From positions 864,001 through 928,000 of the forward strand of contig CAVZJB010000016.1 of the NCBI GenBank assembly GCA_963775425.1: a stretch of DNA of 64,000 bases, in the 5' to 3' direction. The position numbers and the translations under genes are program-made. The notes below the pieces were generated by a model. That model was given only the letters and a program-made list of their open reading frames with translations, was not told where the DNA came from and made no database searches. Positions 56,274 through 64,000 of the stretch are shown here, piece after piece; the first letter of the stretch is position 1, and every line of letters starts with the position of its first letter. The DNA comes from an uncultured delta proteobacterium (GTDB taxonomy: Bacteria > Myxococcota > UBA727 > VGSZ01).

Positions 56274-58082
56274 TCAGTCGCGCGCGAGCGCGAGCCGCCC
56301 GATGACCGCCGCGAGCGCGCCGTTGGCGATGAGCCACGCGTGGTCGAGGAAGCCGTGGCCCGGGATGAAGCTCACGTCGACGCTGCCGAGCAGGCCGCGC
56401 ACCACGAGGAACCCGGCGACGCCGAACGCGAAGCCCGCGATGGCCGGCCGCGCCTTCTTCACGCCGAAGAAGAACGCGAGCGGCGCGAGGGCGAGCAGGA
56501 AGCTGTCGAGGAGCGGGAAGTCGAACGCCGCCGGCCCGAACAGCGCGCTCGGCCACTCGGCGATGGGCTCCGCGAGCACGGGCACGCCGAGGAACCGGAG
56601 GAAGAACAGGCCCGAAGCGCCCATGAGCATCGCGCCGGCGAAGCCGAGCGTGAGCCGGCGCGGCGACGGCAGCCCGCCGTCCTTCTTGCGCGCGGAGCGC
56701 ACGGCCAGGAGGCCGAAGAGCGCGGCGAGCGCGAGGCCGCCGAAGTCCTGGTCGCTCGTGGCCTTCTTGGCGGCCGCGGCGACGTCGAGGCCACCCGCGC
56801 CGTAGCGGATCTTGTCCTTCAGGTCGTGCGCGGACGCCTTCAGCACCTTCTCCACGCGATCGGGGTCGGTGACGCCGAGCCCGATGACGATGGCGGCGGC
56901 CGCGGCCACGTGCGGCGTGGCCATCGACGTGCCCTGGAACGGGAAGAAGCCGTGCTTGCTCGGGTCACCGCGGGCGATGGTGTCCTGCAGGACGCCGTCG
57001 GGGATGCCGTCCTTGTTGAGGTCGACGCGCGTGTCGCCGCCGGGGGCGGCGATGTCGAGCTCCTTGCCGTAGCTCGAGTAGAACGCGAGCTTCCCGTCGG
57101 GGCCGAGCGCGCTCACGGCGACGCTGCCTTCGTAGGCGGCGGGGTACTCGACCTTCTGCCGCGCGCCGTTGCCGGCGGCGCAGACCACGGTGACGCCCTT
57201 GTCGTGCGCGTACTTCACGGCGCGCGCGAGGGTGGAGCTGTACATGCCGCCGCCGAGCGACATGTTGATGACCTTGGCGCCGTGGTCGGCGGCCCAGCGG
57301 ATGCCGTTGGCGATGTCGGCGACGGAGCCGGAGCCGCCGTCGGACAGCACCTTCACGGGCATGATCTTGGCCTTGTAGGCGAGGCCGGCGACGCCGAAGC
57401 CGTTGTTGGTGGACTGGGCGATGGTGCCGGCGACGTGCGTGCCGTGGCCGTTTCCGTCCGAGGGATCGTTGGTCTTGTTGACGAAGTTCCACCCGTCGAC
57501 GATCTCGGTCTCCTTGAGGTCGGGGACGCGCTTGTACTTGGAGGCCTTGCCGTTGGCGAGCTTGCCCGGAGACACGCCGGTGTCGACGACGGCGACGATG
57601 ACGCCTTCGCCGTGACCGACGGCCCACGCGTCCTCGGCGTGGACCATGTCGAAGTGCCACTGGCTCTTGTACATCGGGTCGTTCGGCTTGCCCGGGCCAG
57701 GCTTGGCGGGCTCGAGGGCGGCGCCGCGCTCGAGGTCCTGATCGAACAGGCGGTACTCGTAGTTGGGCTCGACGCTCTCGACGTCGCTGCGCGCGGACAG
57801 GATCTCCCGGGCGCGCGCCATGTCGGCGGCGTCGCCGTGGAAGACCCACAGGTTGCCGTCGGCCACCTTGGTGGTGTCCTCGAGATCGAGCCCCGTCTGT
57901 TGCTCGATGGCCTCGATGTCGGCGTCGCTGAGGCCGTCGGCGAAGTCGACGACGAGGCCGTCGACGTCGCCGTCGTCCCCCCCGTCCTCGTCGAGGGCGC
58001 CGTCGTGGGGGCACGCGAGCGCGGCCGGGGCCGCGAGGGCAAACGGAAGCAGGGCGGCGGGGAGCGCGAACAGACGGGACAT
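56274..58082 (-). CDS. S8 subtilisin-like serine protease with C-terminal membrane segments
   Basis: VAVVDTG, HGTHVAGTI, CAAGN, FQGTSMATPHVA; signal peptide; several C-terminal TM helices. Confidence 0.93.
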   Translation of the reverse strand: MSRLFALPAALLPFALAAPAALACPHDGALDEDGGDDGDVDGLVVDFADGLSDADIEAIEQQTGLDLEDTTKVADGNLWVFHGDAADMARAREILSARSDVESVEPNYEYRLFDQDLERGAALEPAKPGPGKPNDPMYKSQWHFDMVHAEDAWAVGHGEGVIVAVVDTGVSPGKLANGKASKYKRVPDLKETEIVDGWNFVNKTNDPSDGNGHGTHVAGTIAQSTNNGFGVAGLAYKAKIMPVKVLSDGGSGSVADIANGIRWAADHGAKVINMSLGGGMYSSTLARAVKYAHDKGVTVVCAAGNGARQKVEYPAAYEGSVAVSALGPDGKLAFYSSYGKELDIAAPGGDTRVDLNKDGIPDGVLQDTIARGDPSKHGFFPFQGTSMATPHVAAAAAIVIGLGVTDPDRVEKVLKASAHDLKDKIRYGAGGLDVAAAAKKATSDQDFGGLALAALFGLLAVRSARKKDGGLPSPRRLTLGFAGAMLMGASGLFFLRFLGVPVLAEPIAEWPSALFGPAAFDFPLLDSFLLALAPLAFFFGVKKARPAIAGFAFGVAGFLVVRGLLGSVDVSFIPGHGFLDHAWLIANGALAAVIGRLALARD

Positions 58083-58346
58083 GTCGACCTCTGGGCCTGG
58101 ATGCGTCCAAGCGTAGACACATCCTAGCGAGGGACCATTCCCGCCGCCGCCGACACCGCTTTTCTTCACACAGGTGAGACAGGCGCACACACGCCGCCAC
58201 CCTGCCCCCGCCGGCACCCGGCGGCGCCCGCTGTCGCCGTGTCGCCGTGTCGCCGTCTCGCGTCGCGCCGTGGCGCGGCGGCTCGTCGCCACCGCGCCGC
58301 TTCGGGGCGATTGAGCCCAGGGGACAGCGCTGGTACGTCGACGGCC

Positions 58347-61025
58347 ATGACGTTCGGAAAGCCTGTCGCCGGCGCGGAGCTCCGCAGCCGGTTCTTGAAG
58401 TTCTTCGGGGGCAAGGGGCACCACGTGGCCCCGTCGAGCGCGCTCGTGCCGCAGGGCGACGCCACGCTCTTGTTCACCAACGCCGGCATGGTGCAGTTCA
58501 AGGACGTCTTCACCGGCAAGGAGACGCGGCCATACACGCGGGCCACGTCTTCGCAGAAGTGCGTGCGCGCCGGCGGCAAGCACAACGATCTCGAAAACGT
58601 CGGGCGCACCGCGCGGCACCACACGTTCTTCGAGATGCTCGGGAACTTCAGCTTCGGCGACTACTTCAAGGCCGACGCCATCGACTTCGCGTGGACGTTC
58701 CTCACCAAAGACCTCGGGATGCCCGTGGACCGCCTGTCGGTCACGGTGTTCGAGGGCGACAAGCAGACGCCGCCCGACGAAGAGGCCGAAGCGCTCTGGA
58801 AGAAGATCGGCGTCGCCCCGTCGAAGATCACGAGGCACGGCGCCAAGGACAACTTCTGGCAGATGGGCGACACCGGTCCCTGCGGGCCATGCACCGAGAT
58901 CCACTTCGACCGCGGCGAGGTGAAGGGCGCCTTCGGCGGCGACGACCCCGAGGGCGACCGCGTCGTCGAGGTGTGGAACCTCGTGTTCATGCAGTTCGAC
59001 CGCGCCGCCGACGGCTCGCTGTCGCCCCTGCCCCGCCCGAGCGTCGACACCGGCATGGGCCTCGAGCGCCTCGCCCTGGTGATGAACGGCGTGGCCTCCA
59101 ACTACGACACGGATCTCCTGCGACCGCTCGTCGCCTTCTGCGAGGAGCGCTCCGGCAAGAAGTACGGCTCCACGGACTCCCCCGACGACGTCGCCATGCG
59201 CGTCATCGCGGACCACGCGCGGGCCACCGCGTTCCTCGTCGCCGACGGCGTCCTGCCCGAGAACATCGGGCGCGGCTACGTGCTGCGCTCCATCATGCGC
59301 CGCGCCATCCGCTTCGGCGAGCACCTCGGCCTCAAGGACGTGTTCTTCCACGAGGCCGCCGGCAGCGTCGTCGACATGATGGGTGAGCACTACGGCGAGC
59401 TCGTGCGCGCCCGCTCCCTGATCGAGAAGGTCGCCTCGTCCGAGGAAGACGCGTTCCGGCGCACCCTCAAAAAGGGGCTCGAGCTCTACGCCGCCGCCAC
59501 GCAGACGCTGAAGAAGGGCGCCGTCATCCCCGGTGACGTCGTGTTCGACCTCAAGGCCACCCACGGGTTCCCGCAGGACATGACCGCGCAGATGGCGCGC
59601 GAGACGGGCCTCGACGTCGATTGGGCGGGGTTCGAGAGGGCCGAGGAGAAGCACGCCGAGGTGAGCGCCGTCGACGACGCGTTCAAGGCCGCCGGCGGGG
59701 CGGACGTCTTCAAGATCCTCCGAAACGAGCTCGGCGCCACGCAGTTCGTCGGCTACGACCGGCAGAAGCTCGACGACGCCAAGGTCGTCGCCGTCGTCAT
59801 GAACGGCAAGCGCGCGGACGCGCTGAAGGAGGGCGAGCAGGGCTTCGTGCTCCTCGACCGAACGCCGTTCTACGGCGAGAGCGGCGGCCAGGTCGGCGAT
59901 GCCGGCACGCTGACGTCGGCGAACGGGGCCGTGCAGGCCTCGGTGGACGACACCAAGAAGCAGGCCGAGCTCCACCTGCACGCCACCCACGTCGAGACGG
60001 GCACGCTCAAGGTGGGCGACGTCGTCAGCGCCGTCGTCAACACCGACATCCTCGAGCGCACGCGCAAGAACCACTCGGCCACGCACCTGCTGCACTACGC
60101 GCTCAGGACCGTGCTCGGGGATCACGTCACGCAGAAGGGCTCGCTCGTGGCGCCGGAGCGGCTGCGCTTCGACTTCTCGCACTTCGAGCCGCTCACCGCG
60201 CCGCAGCTCCAGCAGGTCGAGGACATCGTCAACGACCTCGTGCTGCAAAACGTCGAGGCCGGCGAGGAGGTGCTGCCCTTCGACGAGGCCAAGAAGCGCG
60301 GCGCCATGGCGCTGTTCGGCGAGAAGTACGGCGACACGGTGCGCGTGATGACCTTCGGCCCGTCCGTCGAGCTGTGCGGCGGCATCCACGTCCACCGCAC
60401 CGGCGACATCGGCCTGTTCCGCATCACCAGCGAGGGCCCGCTCGCCGCGGGCGTTCGCCGCATCGAGGCCGTCACCGGCAAGGGCGCGCTCGAGCACGTC
60501 CGGCGACAGGCCTCGTTGCTCCAGGAGGCCGCGCGCGCGCTCAAGTCGTCGGTCGACGAGGTCCCCACGCGCGTCGAGCGCCTGCAGGAGTCCCTCAAGA
60601 GCGCCGAGCGCGAGCTGCAGAAGGTGCGCGACAAGGCCCAGGCGGCGGCCGCCGGCGACGCCGCGGGCGGCGCCGTCGACGTCGGCGGCATCAAGCTGCT
60701 CTCGCAGCGGGTCACCGACGTGGATCCCAAGAACCTGCGCGACTACGCCGACAAGCTGCGCGCGCAGCTCAAAAGCGGCGTCGTCGTCCTCGGGGCGCCG
60801 GTCTCCGACGCCGAGGTCAAGGTGCTCGTCGCCCTCACCCCGGACCTCGTCGGGCGCCTCAACGCGGGCGCCATGCTCAAGGAGCTCATCGCCGTCGTCG
60901 GCGGCCGCGGCGGGGGCAAGGCGGACTTCGCGCAGGGGGGCGGATCGAACCCCGCCAAGCTCGACGACGCGCTGGCGCTCGCCCACGCCCTGGTCAAGAA
61001 GGCGGCGCCGGCGGCGACGGGGTAG
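58347..61025 (+). CDS. alaS: Alanine--tRNA ligase
   Basis: LLFTNAGMVQFK, HHTFFEMLGNFSFGDYFK, DTGMGLER, NHSATHLL, ELCGGIH, GGRGGGK..FAQGGG. Confidence 0.98.
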   Translation: MTFGKPVAGAELRSRFLKFFGGKGHHVAPSSALVPQGDATLLFTNAGMVQFKDVFTGKETRPYTRATSSQKCVRAGGKHNDLENVGRTARHHTFFEMLGNFSFGDYFKADAIDFAWTFLTKDLGMPVDRLSVTVFEGDKQTPPDEEAEALWKKIGVAPSKITRHGAKDNFWQMGDTGPCGPCTEIHFDRGEVKGAFGGDDPEGDRVVEVWNLVFMQFDRAADGSLSPLPRPSVDTGMGLERLALVMNGVASNYDTDLLRPLVAFCEERSGKKYGSTDSPDDVAMRVIADHARATAFLVADGVLPENIGRGYVLRSIMRRAIRFGEHLGLKDVFFHEAAGSVVDMMGEHYGELVRARSLIEKVASSEEDAFRRTLKKGLELYAAATQTLKKGAVIPGDVVFDLKATHGFPQDMTAQMARETGLDVDWAGFERAEEKHAEVSAVDDAFKAAGGADVFKILRNELGATQFVGYDRQKLDDAKVVAVVMNGKRADALKEGEQGFVLLDRTPFYGESGGQVGDAGTLTSANGAVQASVDDTKKQAELHLHATHVETGTLKVGDVVSAVVNTDILERTRKNHSATHLLHYALRTVLGDHVTQKGSLVAPERLRFDFSHFEPLTAPQLQQVEDIVNDLVLQNVEAGEEVLPFDEAKKRGAMALFGEKYGDTVRVMTFGPSVELCGGIHVHRTGDIGLFRITSEGPLAAGVRRIEAVTGKGALEHVRRQASLLQEAARALKSSVDEVPTRVERLQESLKSAERELQKVRDKAQAAAAGDAAGGAVDVGGIKLLSQRVTDVDPKNLRDYADKLRAQLKSGVVVLGAPVSDAEVKVLVALTPDLVGRLNAGAMLKELIAVVGGRGGGKADFAQGGGSNPAKLDDALALAHALVKKAAPAATG

Positions 61026-61160
61026 GACGGCGTCGCATCCGGCGGCGAGCGGACGGCGCTGTCCGGCAGGTGACACGGCGTGGCCGGCGGTGCGAGGGTC
61101 GTACCTCGGCGACGACAAGGTGGGTCGGCGGGCCCGCCGGGACGAGAGGGCGAGGGATCA

Positions 61161-63446
61161 GTGGCGGGCGCGTTCACCATCGCCACCCGTTTGGAGTTCG
61201 TCACCCTCGACGAGCTCGAGGCGGGCTTTGCCGATCGCATCGGCGGCGGCGCGCTCTTTCTCTCGCGCGGCCTCCTGGGCGCCGCCGATGAGCTCTACGT
61301 CGGCGCCTCCGTCCACGTCGAGATAGAGACCGCCCGCGGCGAGCGCGCCCTCACTGTGGACGGCGTCGTCGCCTGGGCGTACCCGGCGCACCCGCGGACG
61401 CCGCCGGGGCGGGAGGCGGGCGCCGGCATCGTCATCGATCGCCACGGCGACGACGAGAGCCGGCGGCGGCTCGAGCGCATGCTGCGCCGGCCGGGCGCCG
61501 GCGGCAGGGTGCGTCCGCCCGGCACGCGCCTGAAGCTCCCCGCCATGGCGCTGCGCGCGCCCACCCCCGCGCCGCGGACGCAGGTCGCGCGGCCGGTCAC
61601 CATCCCGCCGTCGCCGCCCGTCACCACGGACCCGGGGGCCACCGATCCCGCCGCGATCGTCCCGGCGCGCCCGGAGCCGCCTGATGTCGAGCCCGTGAGC
61701 GAGATCCGGGCCGCGCCGCCGCTGCCGGCGACGCTGCTCGAGCCGGGCGGGTTGCCGCCCGCGCCGCAGCCGCGCGTCATGGCGATGCGGATGTTCAACA
61801 TCGAGACCACGCCGCTGCCGGCGCCGGCGCCGCCGCCGCCCCAGGAGGCCGAGCCCCTGCCCTCGGCCCTCGAGGCGCCCGCGCTCTCGGACCTCCCGCC
61901 AGAGCTTCCCCCGGATCTCGCGTCGGACCTCAGGTCGGAGCTGACGTCGGAGCTCACGTCGGACCTCAGGTCGGACCTCAGGTCGGAGCTCGCGTCCGAG
62001 CTCGCGTCGGCGGCGGACGCAGGGCCTGAAGACGCGGGGCCTGAAGAGGCCGCGCCCTCCCGGGTGTCCACCGAGCTCCCCGAGCTCGCCGACGGGCGCC
62101 CCGACGGGCTCCCGGGGGAGCCTGAGGACGAGCTCCCGGCGGCGCACCCCGGCGCGCTCTCGGGCGCGATGCCCTTCGCCGGGCTCCTCGGGCTCGCCCC
62201 GCCGGCCGCCGCCGTGCCCGTCGTGCGCCCGGCCGTCGTCGACCCGCCGCCGCCCGTCGCCGGCCCTGGCGCCGACGACACCCGTGCCGGAGACGGCCCG
62301 CTCGACGCCCCCACCATGGACGGCGGGCCGCAGCTGTCGTCGCTCGACGGGCTGCCCGACGCCGGGGCGATGCCCGGGCCCCACGCACCCGGGGCCTTCG
62401 AGCAGCGGTCCACGGACGTGGACCTCTTGCAGTCCCTCGACGACGCCGACTTCTTCCCGGCCGAGCTCGAGGAGCAACGGGCCCGCCTCGCCCGCGCGTT
62501 GCCGCCGCCGCCGGAGCCGGTGGACAACCCCGCGCTCTCCGAGGAGACGGTGACGTCGTGGAGCCAGCTCGACGACCTCCCGTCCGCCGACGCCGACGTC
62601 GAGCTCATCGGCGACGACGACCCCGCGCCGCCCGTGCTCTCCCGCCCCGAGGGCGTCGACGAGGACACCGCTGTCCACGACACCACCGACGGGGCCAGCC
62701 TGCCGAGCCTCGACCCCCTCGACCTCCGCACCGCCGAGCACGCCGTCGTCGCCCTCAACGACCCGAGCACCGGCGTCGGCGTCGTCGACCACACCACGGC
62801 CGAGTCGGACGGCGTCGAGGGGTTCACCTCCCGCTCGTCGCCGCCGGAGGAGGCGCCGGCGCCGCGGGCGTTGCCCTCGCTCGAGCCGTATGCCCCCGCG
62901 GGCGAGCCCGCCGCCGGCAACATCGGCACCGCGTTCCTCTTCTCCTTCAAGCGCGGGGACGATCCCATCAACGCGGTGGAGGCCTTCGCGTGGCCCAAGC
63001 AGGGCACCAAGCGCTGGAGCGCCATCGACGTCGCCCGCGAGGACGGCAACGAGGCCGCGCTCGACGCCGCCATCGCGTCGAGCCCGTGGCTCGCGCGCGA
63101 CGCCTCCGCGGGATCCTTCGGCTCCTCTCACACGGACCCGGGCGTGCGCGTGCAGGACGTCGTCACCAAGGCGGTCGCCCTGGCCGCGGAGGAGGACGAC
63201 GGCGCCGTGTTCTCCGACACGCCGGTGCGCCCGGCCATGCAGGCGCCGCCGCTCGAGGATGACACGTCGGGGGAGACCACCGTCGACGAGACCTTCGCCG
63301 GCCGCGAGGACCCGCCGCGCGTCATCGACGACGAGGCCGAGACCGACCGCGACATGAAGCGTCCGCCCTCGAAGGCGTCGCCGGAGGCGCGGGCGCGCCT
63401 GAGCGTCCTGCAACGCTTCCTCGGCGGAAACGGCCGCCGCTCGTAG
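61161..63446 (+). CDS. PilZ-like N-terminal domain with a long acidic Pro-rich disordered region
   Basis: IGGGALF...VGASV...LTVDGVVAW...AGAGIV resembles myxobacterial PilZ-like domains; the rest is low complexity, with SDLR/SELT 12-bp repeats. Confidence 0.55.
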   Translation: MAGAFTIATRLEFVTLDELEAGFADRIGGGALFLSRGLLGAADELYVGASVHVEIETARGERALTVDGVVAWAYPAHPRTPPGREAGAGIVIDRHGDDESRRRLERMLRRPGAGGRVRPPGTRLKLPAMALRAPTPAPRTQVARPVTIPPSPPVTTDPGATDPAAIVPARPEPPDVEPVSEIRAAPPLPATLLEPGGLPPAPQPRVMAMRMFNIETTPLPAPAPPPPQEAEPLPSALEAPALSDLPPELPPDLASDLRSELTSELTSDLRSDLRSELASELASAADAGPEDAGPEEAAPSRVSTELPELADGRPDGLPGEPEDELPAAHPGALSGAMPFAGLLGLAPPAAAVPVVRPAVVDPPPPVAGPGADDTRAGDGPLDAPTMDGGPQLSSLDGLPDAGAMPGPHAPGAFEQRSTDVDLLQSLDDADFFPAELEEQRARLARALPPPPEPVDNPALSEETVTSWSQLDDLPSADADVELIGDDDPAPPVLSRPEGVDEDTAVHDTTDGASLPSLDPLDLRTAEHAVVALNDPSTGVGVVDHTTAESDGVEGFTSRSSPPEEAPAPRALPSLEPYAPAGEPAAGNIGTAFLFSFKRGDDPINAVEAFAWPKQGTKRWSAIDVAREDGNEAALDAAIASSPWLARDASAGSFGSSHTDPGVRVQDVVTKAVALAAEEDDGAVFSDTPVRPAMQAPPLEDDTSGETTVDETFAGREDPPRVIDDEAETDRDMKRPPSKASPEARARLSVLQRFLGGNGRRS

Positions 63447-63482
63447 GCGCCGGCGGCTCGGTGCCCGCCCTGCGGCTCGACG

Positions 63483-64000
63483 TCAGCCCTCGACCTGCAC
63501 CTTGGTGAAGTCCGCGACGTCGACGAACACGCGCTCGATGCGCGCGAGCAGGCCCAGGCGGGCGTCCCGCAGGGCGACGTCGTCGGTCATGACCATGACG
63601 TCGTCGAAGAACCGATCGACGCGCGGCTTCAAGCTGGCCGCCTCGGCGAGCATGGCGCGCCGCACCTCGAGGTTCAGCTCCCGGCTCTCCCACGGCGCTG
63701 CTCCACCCCTGACCCGGGCGACCTCGCGCGAGAGCTCGAATCTCAGCGGGCTCCGTGAGCGCGCCGTCGACCGTGGCCTGCCCGTCGACGGAGATGCCCT
63801 CGTTGCGCGCCTGCTTGAGGATGTTCCCCACGCGCTTGAAGGTCTTGCACAGCGACGTGAAAGCGTCGGGATCGCGGGCGCGCAGCTCGGCCAACGCGAT
63901 GGCGTTCTCCTCGACGTCGGGCAGGACCTCCACGCCCGCGCGCGACGCCATGGCGGCGTCGACGATGTCGGCGGCGCCGGCGAGCCCGCGCGCCTCGCAG
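63483..64000 (-). CDS. glyS: Glycine--tRNA ligase beta subunit, 3' end only; 1-nt insertion near 63739
   Basis: FKRVGNILK...EPAE and VDRFFDDVMVM.DD..LRDARLGLL..ADFTK; frames join on removing one base. Confidence 0.9.
   Translation of the reverse strand, partial: ARRAGSPAPPTSSTPPWRRARAWRSCPTSRRTPSRWPSCAPAIPTLSRRCARPSSAWGTSSSRRATRASPSTGRPRSTARSRSPLRFELSREVARVRGGAAPWESRELNLEVRRAMLAEAASLKPRVDRFFDDVMVMTDDVALRDARLGLLARIERVFVDVADFTKVQVEG

Noticed and set aside
58225-58275. TGTCGCCG microsatellite upstream of alaS as a T-box or riboswitch
   Set aside because: No T-box consensus or terminator; looks like simple slippage.
56274-61118. 1614-aa ORF as a giant protease fusion
   Set aside because: The upstream part is antisense to alaS; the S8 gene starts at 58082 with an RBS and signal peptide.

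Overview
Very GC-rich bacterial DNA whose gene content points to Myxococcota (MYXO-CTERM-like sorting tail, DUF2378-like protein, large S41 peptidase, Haliangium-type microcompartment genes, Cys-rich lipoproteins, Myxococcus-type LexA box). Housekeeping genes (clpP, ppa, recA, pepA, rho, alaS, 3' end of glyS) are mixed with accessory genes. Most notable: (1) a 10.7-18.4 kb cassette of large enzyme-fold proteins (PEP/pyruvate-binding ATP-grasp, catalase-like haem protein, GMC oxidoreductase) in which the catalase-like and GMC genes are each followed by a small helical protein, the two small proteins are mutually homologous, and the two enzymes appear to share an appended helical domain; (2) a BMC locus (BMC-T, BMC-H, BMC-P, acylating aldehyde dehydrogenase with encapsulation peptide, displaced second BMC-T) with five tandem 24-nt hairpins filling the BMC-H/BMC-P gap, from a dispersed REP-like family; (3) five exported proteins with (GE)n linkers; (4) several single-base frameshifts, most at or next to GATC, probably sequencing errors. 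No rRNA, tRNA, CRISPR array or mobile element was recognised. All family calls are by eye from motifs; no searches were run.
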